Origin: an uncultured Azospirillaceae bacterium | GTDB taxonomy: Bacteria; Pseudomonadota; Alphaproteobacteria; RF32; CAG-239 | Reading direction: 5' to 3' | Length of the DNA stretch: 64,000 nucleotides | Assembly (NCBI GenBank): GCA_964410325.1 | Contig: CAYPFN010000001.1 | Coordinates: 67,845-131,844 of the forward strand | Shown: positions 9,950-19,964 of the stretch, piece after piece | Position numbering within the stretch: position 1 is the stretch's first letter | Layout of the letters: each line of letters starts with the position of its first letter | Program-made: the position numbers and the translations under genes | Notes under the pieces: generated by a model | Databases searched by the model: none | The model's input: only the letters and a program-made list of their open reading frames with translations | Told to the model about the DNA's origin: nothing

Positions 9950-12249
9950 AAAAAAAATTAAAAATGATCGGCATCGCAGAGGCATTGTTTGTCATTATTG
10001 GTTTTTCTCAGGCAGGATTGGCCTGGTGGCCGTTTGAAACCGATCACGAACCGATTGCTGGCGAAGTATTGAAAAATGAAGAGAAACCACCGTTTGTAAA
10101 AATTGAGCCGATACGTAATATTACGGATGTATTTGTGAGTGGAAAAACTGATGAGGATGCAGAACCGAATATTTATTTTAATGCGGATGAACTGATTAAC
10201 CGTGATAAAGAAAAAATTATTGAGGCTGTAGGTGATGTGGTGGTGAAACGCGATATGATGACAGTTTATGCCGATCGTTTACTGTATTATCAGCAGGAAG
10301 ATAAGCTTGTGGCCGTAGGTAGTGTACGGATGGAAGAAATGAACGGTAATGTTGTCTTTGCCGATAAAGTCGAAATGCAAGATAAGATGAGCCGTGCCGA
10401 GATGAATGAAATTAAAGCTATTTTGCAAGACGAGAGTCGAATTTGGGCGGAAGAGTTCCGAAAAAAAGAGAATGACAATAAGGTTATGCGCCGGGCAATT
10501 TATACGCCGTGCGATTTTTGTGAAGGAGAAGAATCGCCGTTATGGCAAATAAGGGCCCGAAAGGTTACGCATGATGCGGAAAGCAAGAACATTAATTATA
10601 ATGATGCTTTTGTAGATATTAAAGGCGTGCCGATTTTTTATACGCCGTTTTTTTCGCATCCAGATCCAACGGTTAAAAGGCGCTCCGGTTTTTTAACGCC
10701 GGCAATCGGCAGCAGCAATTATTTAGGAGAAACATTGCAACTTAATTATTTTTGGGTAATTAATGATCATGCCGATTTTTTGTTTTCGCCAATTTTCAAT
10801 ACAGATAAAGATCCGGTTTTGGGCGGAATTTATCGGCAGTATTTTAATAAAGGATATGTGGAGATGGAAGGGACATATCTGAAAGATAATGATAAGGCGC
10901 GGCCTGATAACCGGGGTAATTTGTTTGCTTACGGACGTTATGAGCTGAATGATTATTGGGTTTTTGACACGAATATTAATTATGCTTCAGATAGTTTATA
11001 TCTTAAAGAGCTGGATTTAGACCATGAAGATGATGCCTGGCTGACGTCAAATGTTCGTCTGCAACGGTTTGAAAATCGGGATTATGCAACGATCGAGGCT
11101 TATTATTATAAGCTTATCAGTTATGATTTAAGACGGCGTAATTTGGTTGAATATGAACAGCGGAAAAATAATAAGCCGTTTGTGGCCCCCTTGATGAATT
11201 ATGAAACCATTAGCGAGGTAAGTGATATAGGCTCTTATTGGAAAAATGATTTCAGTTTTGCTTCCGTATATCATGAGGGAGACACACAATCGCAGCGTTT
11301 GTCCATGATTAATGCCTGGGTGCTGCCATGGACCAGTTCGTTTGGCGAAAAATATAGATTTATGGCTTCGTTAAAGTCAGATGTTTATTATATTGATCAG
11401 TACCAAGTAGCAAGTGCGGCCAATGATTATACCGGAACAGTTGCGCGTGTTTTCCCGCAAATGGGGTTGGAATGGCGACTGCCTTTTGTCCGCGCAGCTG
11501 AAAGCAGCCGACAGATTATTGAGCCGGTGGTGGTTGGTGTTTTGGCACCGAACGGAGGGAATAAATCTGATAAAATTCCTAATGAAGACAGTGAAGATGT
11601 TGAATTGGATGATTCCAACATATTAAATTTGGATCGGTATGCGGGATATGATCGTAATGATACCGGTAGCCGTATCAGTTATGGGTTTAACTGGAATTCG
11701 TATGGTAATATTATGGGACGAACATCAGCGTTTATTGCCCAAAGTTATCAATTTAATAAACAGTCCAGTTTTATGCGTAGCATGGGGGACGACGGACATT
11801 TTACCGATTATGTCGGACGAGTGTATGTTGCGCCGTTTGAATATTTAGATTTAAATTATCGGTTTAGATTGGATAAAGAGGACCTAAAACTAGAATATAG
11901 CGAATTAGGAGCCAGAATCGGTACAAATCTGTTGAACCTGTATATTTCATATATATATTTAGAAGAAAATGAGAATTCTTCGGAAAATTTTGGCAATCGT
12001 CATGAGTTGTATACCTCAGTTAAAGCGGCTTTGACAAGGGATTGGTCCATTAGCATATATAACCGTCAGGACTTGACTGCCGATAACAGGGGATCGCTTG
12101 AACATGGCGGTAATTTAATTTATGAAGATGAATGTTTTAAGTTTATAACAACTGTTAAACGTTCAAATTCCAACAATCCGGAATTGGATGATGGGTATGA
12201 GTTTAAGTTTACGTTTTATTTGAAAACTTTAGGCGGTTTGGGAAGTTAA
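9946..12249 (+). CDS. lptD: LPS-assembly outer membrane protein LptD (OstA)
   Basis: 767 aa, signal peptide, OstA-like N-terminal domain, large C-terminal beta-barrel; lptG-lptD-surA-rsmA gene order. Confidence 0.85.
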   Translation: MKKKLKMIGIAEALFVIIGFSQAGLAWWPFETDHEPIAGEVLKNEEKPPFVKIEPIRNITDVFVSGKTDEDAEPNIYFNADELINRDKEKIIEAVGDVVVKRDMMTVYADRLLYYQQEDKLVAVGSVRMEEMNGNVVFADKVEMQDKMSRAEMNEIKAILQDESRIWAEEFRKKENDNKVMRRAIYTPCDFCEGEESPLWQIRARKVTHDAESKNINYNDAFVDIKGVPIFYTPFFSHPDPTVKRRSGFLTPAIGSSNYLGETLQLNYFWVINDHADFLFSPIFNTDKDPVLGGIYRQYFNKGYVEMEGTYLKDNDKARPDNRGNLFAYGRYELNDYWVFDTNINYASDSLYLKELDLDHEDDAWLTSNVRLQRFENRDYATIEAYYYKLISYDLRRRNLVEYEQRKNNKPFVAPLMNYETISEVSDIGSYWKNDFSFASVYHEGDTQSQRLSMINAWVLPWTSSFGEKYRFMASLKSDVYYIDQYQVASAANDYTGTVARVFPQMGLEWRLPFVRAAESSRQIIEPVVVGVLAPNGGNKSDKIPNEDSEDVELDDSNILNLDRYAGYDRNDTGSRISYGFNWNSYGNIMGRTSAFIAQSYQFNKQSSFMRSMGDDGHFTDYVGRVYVAPFEYLDLNYRFRLDKEDLKLEYSELGARIGTNLLNLYISYIYLEENENSSENFGNRHELYTSVKAALTRDWSISIYNRQDLTADNRGSLEHGGNLIYEDECFKFITTVKRSNSNNPELDDGYEFKFTFYLKTLGGLGS

Positions 12250-12268
12250 GGACAGGGAGAGATAGAAA

Positions 12269-13396
12269 ATGTTGCATTCTTTAGTCTGTTTATTGGTGAT
12301 TATTCTGGTTTTGCCGGCATCGGCTCAGGAGGTTGACGTTTCGGCGCTTGATGCGGAGGCACGTAGCGCCAAAGGTAATTCCGTGCTGTTTGGCAATCAG
12401 AATCCAGAGGTCATTATGCGCCAACGTGAAGAACAGCGCCGTCGAGAAGCGTATGAAGAAAAAATCCACCGGGAAGAAGAAGCCCGCCGAAAAGCGGAAG
12501 AGCAGAAACGACAGGCGTTAAAGCCGGTTAATCTGTTTGGCGGAGGCATTAAAATTTTTGCCGAAGTTAACGGAGAAATTATTACAAGTCGCGATATGCA
12601 GGATAGAGTTAATGCTTTTGTGGCAACAACACGGATACCGATTAATCATGAAACGAAAGAGATGGTTGTTGATAAGGTTTTACAAGAGGCGGTGGATGAA
12701 AAAATTAAGCTGCAGGAAGCTGAAAAAAACGGTGTTGAGATTTCTGAAGCCGAAATGGAAAATGGCCTGAAAAACTTTGCTCAAGCCAATGGTATAACTG
12801 TGGCGCAACTCAAAAAGATGTTAGAGCAGGCGCAAGTTAATGAGGATGTTTTTCGTTCGCAAATGAAAGCCGAGCTTGCTTGGGTGCGTTTGGTACAGCG
12901 GAAAGCAGCCCAAGATTCGACAGTTTCTCAAAGCGAGGTACAAGAAGCACTGGAGAACATTACTAAAGATGTGCAAATACCAAAGTTTATGGTTTCGGAA
13001 ATTGTTATTCCCAAAAGCCAGGCGGCACACATTGAGGATTTAGTCAGCAATTTGCGTCAGGATCCGCGTTTTGAACTTTATGCAATGCAGTTTTCACAGA
13101 GTCCAAGCGCCCGTACGGGTGGTCATTTGGGCTGGGTTAATAAGGGGCAGCTGGCAGAACCTTTGGAAAAGGCGTTGGAAAGAATGAAAGAAGGCGGAAT
13201 ATCTAATCCGATTGCCTTGGGGGCAGATTATTATATTTTGCGATTGGAAAAAAAGTATCGGCCGGGAATAGATAAAGCGCCAGTTCCAGATGCGGAAACC
13301 ATAAGAAAAATGCTTGAAAATAAAAAAATGGAAGAAACGGCGGCCAAATATTTGCGTGATTTGCGCAATAAGGCAATTATTGAGCGCAAGGCATAA
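12269..13396 (+). CDS. surA: Periplasmic chaperone / peptidyl-prolyl isomerase SurA-like protein
   Basis: Signal peptide, SurA N-terminal-like region, one parvulin domain (GGHLGWVNKGQL), positioned between lptD and rsmA. Confidence 0.75.
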   Translation: MLHSLVCLLVIILVLPASAQEVDVSALDAEARSAKGNSVLFGNQNPEVIMRQREEQRRREAYEEKIHREEEARRKAEEQKRQALKPVNLFGGGIKIFAEVNGEIITSRDMQDRVNAFVATTRIPINHETKEMVVDKVLQEAVDEKIKLQEAEKNGVEISEAEMENGLKNFAQANGITVAQLKKMLEQAQVNEDVFRSQMKAELAWVRLVQRKAAQDSTVSQSEVQEALENITKDVQIPKFMVSEIVIPKSQAAHIEDLVSNLRQDPRFELYAMQFSQSPSARTGGHLGWVNKGQLAEPLEKALERMKEGGISNPIALGADYYILRLEKKYRPGIDKAPVPDAETIRKMLENKKMEETAAKYLRDLRNKAIIERKA

Positions 13397-13397
13397 A

Positions 13398-14228
13398 ATG
13401 GATTTTGGACTGTCACTGAGAGAAACGATAGAGTATTATGGCCTGATGGCTAAAAAATCATTAGGGCAGAATTTTTTATTGGATCAAAACATTACGAGTA
13501 AAATTATCCGTTTATCGTTGGAAAAACAGGGCTTGAAAGATTTTTCAAATGTTAATGTTTTTGAAATTGGTTCGGGACCGGGGGGATTGACCAGAGCTAT
13601 TTTGGAAAATCAGCCGAAAAAATTAACAGTGATAGAAATGGATGAGCGGACAATGAGGATTATGGAAGATTTGCGTCGTTGTGCGCTGTGTCCTTTAAAT
13701 GTAATTAATGCTGATGCGCTGGCAATTGATTTATCGGCATTGGAGAATTCGCCCAGACAGATAATTAGCAATCTGCCATATAATATTTCAGTACCGCTGC
13801 TTGTCGGCTGGCTTAAACAAATGCCCGCATTTTCAGCGATGACGCTGATGTTTCAAAAAGAAGTTGCGGAACGGATTACGGCGCCGATTAAAACGAAGAA
13901 TTATGGCCGGGTATCAGTGTTGGCGCAACTAGTGTGCCAAATCGATAAGTTGTTTGATTTGCCACCGACATGTTTTGTGCCAGCACCGAAAGTGTGGTCA
14001 AGCGTATTGTTGTTTCGACCGAAAAACGAAATTCCTGTTGCGCCGATAATTGAAAAGATTGAAAAAATAACAGCAGCGGCTTTTGGGCAACGTCGCAAAA
14101 TGATACGCCAAAGTTTAAAATCATTTACGGGCCTGGAGCAGGCTTGTATGGCAGCCGGAATTGACATGACGATGCGTGCTGAAGATATAGCGCCGGAAAA
14201 ATATTTGATGTTGGTGCAAAATTTATAA
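13398..14228 (+). CDS. rsmA: 16S rRNA (adenine1518/1519-N6)-dimethyltransferase RsmA/KsgA
   Basis: LGQNFLLDQNI and SAM-binding EIGSGPGGLT motifs. The ATG at 13398 sits 1 nt after the surA stop; the ORF-table start at 13314 is an upstream extension. Confidence 0.85.
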   Translation: MDFGLSLRETIEYYGLMAKKSLGQNFLLDQNITSKIIRLSLEKQGLKDFSNVNVFEIGSGPGGLTRAILENQPKKLTVIEMDERTMRIMEDLRRCALCPLNVINADALAIDLSALENSPRQIISNLPYNISVPLLVGWLKQMPAFSAMTLMFQKEVAERITAPIKTKNYGRVSVLAQLVCQIDKLFDLPPTCFVPAPKVWSSVLLFRPKNEIPVAPIIEKIEKITAAAFGQRRKMIRQSLKSFTGLEQACMAAGIDMTMRAEDIAPEKYLMLVQNL

Positions 14229-14330
14229 TTTTTCCATTTTGTCAAAAACAAAACTTGATTGTTTAAAATTTGTGTGCTAATTATAAAGAACAGTCAATAT
14301 TATTGTTTCATTTTATAAATTATACAAATT

Positions 14331-14852
14331 ATGGAATATTCTCTGAAAAGTCTGCTTAATCAAAAAGATTGGGTAGGCGTGTTGAAATCTTTAAAAAATG
14401 GTTTCTCTTTTTCAGAAGAGGAAGAGTTCTATTTTTTTAAGGAGACGTCTAAAAAATGGCAAAAGGCGTATATTGAAATTGAGTGCCTCTTTCCTAAAAC
14501 GGAAAGGTGGTTGATGGCTACAGCTTCGCTGGATTTGTTGAAAAAGAGTTATGAGAAATGGGGCTTCTTTGAGAAAAACCTAGAGTGGGTGTTTTCTCAA
14601 ACATCAGAGACCGTATGTCAAAAGATACTCTCCGTGATAACAAATATTCCGGGGGATGAGGTAGAAAAAGCAATGCTTCAGCGTCAAGATACAGAGTTGT
14701 TGATTCTTTGGTTGAAAAAGTTCAAGGAACTCAGCGAAGAGGCCGAGAGGCTGTTGGAAGAGAAAGCAGAGTATCAAAGCCTTAAAAGGGTCTACATTGA
14801 CTTTATGGTGGAGAAGCTTAAAGCAAAAAAAACAAGAGGGCTCTTTTTATAA
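14331..14852 (+). CDS. Hypothetical protein, 173 aa
   Basis: Good ORF with an intrinsic terminator immediately downstream; no recognisable motif. Confidence 0.4.
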   Translation: MEYSLKSLLNQKDWVGVLKSLKNGFSFSEEEEFYFFKETSKKWQKAYIEIECLFPKTERWLMATASLDLLKKSYEKWGFFEKNLEWVFSQTSETVCQKILSVITNIPGDEVEKAMLQRQDTELLILWLKKFKELSEEAERLLEEKAEYQSLKRVYIDFMVEKLKAKKTRGLFL

Positions 14853-14866
14853 AGAGCCTTTTTGTT
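14836..14866 (+). terminator. Rho-independent terminator
   Basis: GGGCTCTTT-TTAT-AAAGAGCC hairpin followed by TTTTTG. Confidence 0.6.
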
Positions 14867-15051
14867 TGTTTAAAATTATCATGTGGACGTTATGCTGCTA
14901 ATGAAAAATATAGAAAATTCTGAAAAAATGGATATATTTTAAGGAGATAATAAGTAAAAACGATGGTATAGCCACTTGACGAAAAAGATATTGAATAAAT
15001 AAGCAGGAGAAACTGTTGAAAACTGCTGTAGCTATATCAAACGGGGAACCA

Positions 15052-15086
15052 TAAAAAAACGCTTTTTGTTTTTTACAAAAAGCGTT
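15052..15086 (-). terminator. Rho-independent terminator of the DUF2312 gene
   Basis: AACGCTTTTTG...CAAAAAGCGTT inverted repeat; on the minus strand it is followed by a T-run. Confidence 0.6.
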
Positions 15087-15108
15087 AGAGGTATTTTGTG
15101 TAAAAAAA

Positions 15109-15351
15109 CTACAAATCTAAAGCTTTGCGGTATGTTTCAAGCAGGAATTCCTGCTCGTTGCGGTCGGCGGCATTCATTTTGCGCAGTTTTAAAATAGCGC
15201 GCATGATTTTGACATCAAATCCAGCACTTTTGGCTTCAGCAAAAACCTCGCGGATATCGGTTGAAATCTCTTTTTTATCTTCCTCAAGTTTTTCAATCCG
15301 TTCAATTAAAGAACGCAATCTGTCGGTGGCAATTCCTCCCACTTCAGCCAT
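15109..15351 (-). CDS. gapR: GapR-like DUF2312/UPF0335 nucleoid-associated DNA-binding protein
   Basis: 80 aa; LRSLIERIEKLEEDKKEISTDIREVFAEAKSAGFDVKIMRAILKLRKM matches the conserved DUF2312 core of Caulobacter GapR. Confidence 0.75.
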   Translation of the reverse strand: MAEVGGIATDRLRSLIERIEKLEEDKKEISTDIREVFAEAKSAGFDVKIMRAILKLRKMNAADRNEQEFLLETYRKALDL

Positions 15352-15478
15352 TTTTTTTCTCCTTAGCTAAATATTAAAAATTTTGTTGTTTAAGAAGTTA
15401 ACAAAATTGATTATATTTTACAAGTCATATTTTTTGGTATATATGATATAACAAAATAATTGATGAAGAGAGGAAGAT

Positions 15479-16900
15479 ATGCCTGAAAATACACATACAA
15501 AAATTTTAGCCACAGTCGGTCCGGCGACAGCAACTGCAGAAATGCTGGAAAAACTTGTAGATGCTGGGGTTGATGCATTTCGATTTAACTTTTCACACGG
15601 AACGCATGAAGAGCACGCCGAACGCTATCAGATCGTGCGTAAAATTTCCGAATCGCGTGGCCGCCATATTGCCGTGATTGCCGATATGCAAGGACCAAAA
15701 TTAAGAGTGGGGCATTTTGCCAGTGGCAAAGTTATGCTTCAGGCTGGACAGGATTTTGTTTTGGATTTGGATGAAACGCCGGGAGATGAAACTAGAGTTA
15801 ATCTGCCCCATAAAGAAATATTTGCCGCTATTAAACCCGGTGACATGTTGTTGCTGAATGATGGTAACATTGCTTTGAAAATTAAAGAATGCGATGCTAG
15901 TCATGCTGTTACTGAAGTTAAGGTTGGCGGCCTGCTTTCAGATCATAAGGGTGTAAACTTGCCGAATATTAAGCTGCCGATTTCAGCTTTGACCGAAAAG
16001 GATAAAGAGGATTTGACTTTTGCGCTTGATTTGGGCGTGGACTGGATTAGTCTTTCGTTTGTGCAAAAGGCTTCTGACGTGCAGGAAGTTCGTGATTTGG
16101 TTAACGGCAGGGCGTTGATTATGTCTAAGCTTGAAAAACCAAGCGCAATTGAAGAGTTGGAAGATGTTATCCGCCTTTCAGATGGGATTATGGTTGCCAG
16201 AGGTGATTTGGGGGTGGAGTGTCCGCTTCAAACCGTTCCGGTGCTGCAAAAACGCATTGTCGCCGCATGTCGCAAATACGCTAAGCCTGTGGTGGTGGCG
16301 ACCCAAATGCTGGAGTCAATGATTGGTACGCCGATGCCGACCAGAGCTGAAGTTTCTGATGTGGCGACGGCGGTTTATGATGGAGCGGATACGGTTATGC
16401 TTTCGGCAGAAACGGCTGTTGGACAATATCCGGCGGAAACGGTTAAAATGATGCATAATATTATTGAACAGGTTGAGCATGATCCGAATTTTTATAGTTG
16501 TATGAAAAATCACCATAAGGATGTTTATGAGAGCGAATCGCAAGGAATTACATATGCGGCAAGCGAATTGGCTCAGGTTTTGCCGAATGTAGTGGCGATT
16601 GTAACTTTTACGGCTTCTGGATTTACGACTTTTTTGATAGCTAAGGAACGGCCTAACTTGCCGATTTTAGCGATTACGCCGAGCGAACAGGTTGCGCAAC
16701 AAATGGGGATTGTTTGGGGAGTGCATAGCTATGTTAACAAAGATGTGTTTTTTAGTTTCGATTTGATTGAGGATATTGCTATCCGCTATGTTAAGCAGTA
16801 CGGGCTTGGCAAATCCGGAGATTATATTATTTCGACAGCGGGTTTCCCGTTAGCGCGCCGCGGTATGACCAATATGCTACATACAATCAGAATACCATAA
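15479..16900 (+). CDS. pyk: Pyruvate kinase
   Basis: 473 aa; TKILATVGPA..., MVARGDLGVE..., conserved PK barrel. Confidence 0.9.
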   Translation: MPENTHTKILATVGPATATAEMLEKLVDAGVDAFRFNFSHGTHEEHAERYQIVRKISESRGRHIAVIADMQGPKLRVGHFASGKVMLQAGQDFVLDLDETPGDETRVNLPHKEIFAAIKPGDMLLLNDGNIALKIKECDASHAVTEVKVGGLLSDHKGVNLPNIKLPISALTEKDKEDLTFALDLGVDWISLSFVQKASDVQEVRDLVNGRALIMSKLEKPSAIEELEDVIRLSDGIMVARGDLGVECPLQTVPVLQKRIVAACRKYAKPVVVATQMLESMIGTPMPTRAEVSDVATAVYDGADTVMLSAETAVGQYPAETVKMMHNIIEQVEHDPNFYSCMKNHHKDVYESESQGITYAASELAQVLPNVVAIVTFTASGFTTFLIAKERPNLPILAITPSEQVAQQMGIVWGVHSYVNKDVFFSFDLIEDIAIRYVKQYGLGKSGDYIISTAGFPLARRGMTNMLHTIRIP

Positions 16901-16923
16901 TTTCTTATATACGCTGCACGATT

Positions 16924-16952
16924 AAAAAAAAAGCACCATGTAGTGCTTTTTT
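16924..16952. terminator. Bidirectional intrinsic terminator between pyk and tRNA-Arg
   Basis: AGCAC-CATGT-AGTGCT hairpin with A-run and T-run flanks. Confidence 0.6.
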
Positions 16953-16954
16953 TA

Positions 16955-17032
16955 ATGGCGCGCCCGGCGGGATTCGAACTCACAACCTTCTGATCCGTAG
17001 TCAGATGCTCTATCCAATTGAGCTACGGGCGC
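16955..17032 (-). tRNA. tRNA-Arg (anticodon ACG)
   Basis: Reverse complement folds as a cloverleaf: acceptor GCGCCCG/CGGGCGC, anticodon loop CTACGGA, 3' CCA. One A-C mismatch in the T-stem. Confidence 0.8.
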
Positions 17033-17258
17033 ATCAAATATGGAGTGTTAATAATGCAATTCATTTTATTTTGCAAGCATTATTTTAAATTCTTTATAAA
17101 AAAAAATAAAATTTGCCTTTAGTATAAAGTGTAAATCAATGGATTAATTCAGCAAAAACAACAGTTCTCCAAGCTTTAATAAATTTATCAATGTATTGAG
17201 GGGTTATGCTTGCATAGATGTGTGGCGGTTAATTATTTCTTTTAACCATGCTTTTAAA

Positions 17259-17295
17259 AAGAAAAAACAGGCTCAAGGTTATTCATAAGCCTGTT
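17259..17295 (-). terminator. Rho-independent terminator of glgP
   Basis: AACAGGCT...AGCCTGTT hairpin followed on the minus strand by a T-run. Confidence 0.55.
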
Positions 17296-17309
17296 TTCCT
17301 TGTTTTCAA

Positions 17310-19775
17310 TTAACCAACCGGTTTGGTATGCCAAATTTTATCAGCATATTCCATAACCGCCCTATCGCTTGAAAAATATCCGATTCTGGCCACATTAAGG
17401 ATGGCTTTCCGATTCCATTTTTTGGTATCCAAATGATCTTGTTCAGCCTTATGAAGCGTATTGTTGAAGTCTTCTAAATCAGCTAAGACAAAATAATAAT
17501 CTCGATTTAGAAGTTCTTCAAAAATCGGCTTAAACAAAAGAACGTGATCTTTTTCACAAAACATGTTGGAGTTAAGAGCATTCAAAATGCGCTTGATGTA
17601 GTCGGATTTTTCGTACAATTCTCTAGGATTGTATGTACTGCGCATCGCCTTAATCTGCTCATCTTTTAAGCCGCAGAGATAAAAGTTTTCTTCGCCGACG
17701 GCTTCTCTGATTTCAATGTTGGCACCGTCATAAGTACCGACGGTCAAAGCGCCGTTTAAGGCAAATTTCATGTTACCAGTGCCAGATGCCTCAAAGCCTG
17801 CCGTTGAAATCTGCAGACTGATATTTGCCGCTGGAATGAGTTTTTCAGCCAAAGAAACTTTATAATCCGGGATGAAAACTACTTTAATCGCATTATTAAC
17901 CCGAGAATCATTATTCACAATATCGGCAACATTGTTAATCAGCTTGATAATAAGTTTGGCAAAGGTATAAGACGGTGCGGCTTTTCCGGCAAAGATGTAA
18001 GTTTTATTGCAAATTGGCCGAGCATTATCTTTGATGATAGCCAAATAGTCGCCGATAACTTGTAAAATAGTCATTAGCTGGCGTTTATATTCATGGATGC
18101 GTTTAGCATGAATAATGTAAATGCTGTCGGCATCAACCATAATTCCCGTATTTTTAAAGATTTGGTAAGCCAGTTTTTCTTTATTGGTTTTCTTGTTTTC
18201 GGCAAACTTTTTAATAAATTTGTCATCATCGGCATATTGTTCAAGATTTTTAAGTTCTTCCAAATGCGTAATCCACTCCTTGCCGATTTTGTCGGAAATC
18301 AGCTCAGCCAATGGTGTATTGGCATGCAAGAGCCAGCGCCGTGGTGTAATACCGTTGGTAATATTGATAAACTTTTCCGGCCATAATTCATAAAACTCTG
18401 GAACAAGTGATGTTTTTATCAGTTCAGAATGAAGTTTGGCCACTCCGTTGATTGAAAAAGAACCGACAATGGAAAGATTGGCCATGCGAATAATCTGGTT
18501 ATCGCCTTCGCCAGAAACAATGGAAACTTTTGCAATTTTAGGTGAATCCGCGCCTAATTTTGATTTGGCAAATTCTACGAAGCGGTTATTAATTTCATAA
18601 ATAATTTGTAAATGCCGCGGCAGCATTTTTCCTAAAATCCGAGTCGGCCAGGTTTCTAATGCTTCAGGCAGGAGCGTATGGTTGGTATAGGCAAAGACTT
18701 TGGTAACAATGTTCCATGCCGTATCCCAATCCTGTCCATATTGGTCAATCAGCAGCCTCATCATTTCCGGAATGGCCAATGCTGGATGTGTGTCGTTAAG
18801 TTGAATGCAAACAAATTCTGGCATCCGATCAAAGTCATTGCATTTTTCCAAAAATCGGCGGATGATATCTTGCATGGCGCAGGAAACGAAGAAATACTGC
18901 TGGGTTAAACGCAGTTCTTTACCGGATTCAACCGCATCAGAAGGATATAAAACTTTGGAAATGGTTTCAGTTTTAATTTTATCTTTAACCGCTTCCATAT
19001 AGCCGCCTTCATTGAAAACGTTGATATCCAATTCTTCATCGGTTTTGGCCGAAAATAACCGGAGATAGTTAATGGATTTTCCTTCATAGCCGACAATTGG
19101 GAAATCGTATGGCACGCCGTAAAGCATTTGTGTGTTAACCCAAGTGAAATATGGCTTGCCATCAGCGCCCATATAACTTTCGATATTGCCATAAATCGGG
19201 ATGGCGACTTTGCGATCCTGTCTGGCAAATTGCCAAGGCGAGTCTTCGCCAAGCCAGCTGTCTGCTTGCTCAATTTGCCAACCGTTTTCAAATTTTTGTT
19301 TAAATAGCCCGAACTGATAGTTGATGCCATAACCAAAACCAGCTATGCCTAAAGATGCCATAGAATCAAGATAGCAGGCTGCAAGCCTTCCTAAACCGCC
19401 GTTGCCTAAGGCTGGATCATATTCGGCATCAAAAATTTCCTGAATGGAAATGTTGGGGAAATCGTCAATGTGAATATCTTTAAGTAAATTAAAAAGCTCC
19501 AAGTTATGTAGATTATTTTCCATCGACTTACCAATAAGATATTCAATAGAAAGATAATACACGCGCTTTGCACCAGCATTATTGTAACGATGGATGGTTT
19601 TATACATTCTGTCCATGGTAAATTCGCGTACGGCCAAGGCAATGGCTTCAAAAGCTTCTTCTTTGGTCAGCTCGCAGGTTCTTTTGCCGATAAAATATTT
19701 GATATAGTGTTCAATAGAAAGTTTAAGCCTGGCTTTGTTAATTTCGCTGATGGCTCTGGATTCTTCTTTTTTCAA
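17310..19775 (-). CDS. glgP: Glycogen (alpha-1,4-glucan) phosphorylase
   Basis: 821 aa; EASGTGNMKFALNGALT pyridoxal-phosphate region, conserved GT35 blocks. Confidence 0.9.
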   Translation of the reverse strand: MKKEESRAISEINKARLKLSIEHYIKYFIGKRTCELTKEEAFEAIALAVREFTMDRMYKTIHRYNNAGAKRVYYLSIEYLIGKSMENNLHNLELFNLLKDIHIDDFPNISIQEIFDAEYDPALGNGGLGRLAACYLDSMASLGIAGFGYGINYQFGLFKQKFENGWQIEQADSWLGEDSPWQFARQDRKVAIPIYGNIESYMGADGKPYFTWVNTQMLYGVPYDFPIVGYEGKSINYLRLFSAKTDEELDINVFNEGGYMEAVKDKIKTETISKVLYPSDAVESGKELRLTQQYFFVSCAMQDIIRRFLEKCNDFDRMPEFVCIQLNDTHPALAIPEMMRLLIDQYGQDWDTAWNIVTKVFAYTNHTLLPEALETWPTRILGKMLPRHLQIIYEINNRFVEFAKSKLGADSPKIAKVSIVSGEGDNQIIRMANLSIVGSFSINGVAKLHSELIKTSLVPEFYELWPEKFINITNGITPRRWLLHANTPLAELISDKIGKEWITHLEELKNLEQYADDDKFIKKFAENKKTNKEKLAYQIFKNTGIMVDADSIYIIHAKRIHEYKRQLMTILQVIGDYLAIIKDNARPICNKTYIFAGKAAPSYTFAKLIIKLINNVADIVNNDSRVNNAIKVVFIPDYKVSLAEKLIPAANISLQISTAGFEASGTGNMKFALNGALTVGTYDGANIEIREAVGEENFYLCGLKDEQIKAMRSTYNPRELYEKSDYIKRILNALNSNMFCEKDHVLLFKPIFEELLNRDYYFVLADLEDFNNTLHKAEQDHLDTKKWNRKAILNVARIGYFSSDRAVMEYADKIWHTKPVG

Positions 19776-19964
19776 GATTATTCCCCCTTTTCAATTTTAA
19801 AATACTCAATTATTCAATCAATAGCATAAAATTGTTTGAAATTTGTTTAACGATATAAGATTATTTTAAATAATTTGAAATATAACCCAAGTAAAAATGG
19901 TTGAAATTTATGTAAAAATATTAAATAATCCCTAAAATTAACATAAGGAAAACTGGAAAATAAA

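Noticed and set aside
13314-13397. Upstream extension of rsmA overlapping the surA 3' end
   Set aside because: The ATG at 13398 directly after the surA stop gives the canonical RsmA N-terminus; the extension has no support.
15352-15478. Possible CtrA box (TTAACAAAATTGATTA) between gapR and pyk
   Set aside because: Only one half-site matches TTAA-N7-TTAAC; too weak to call.
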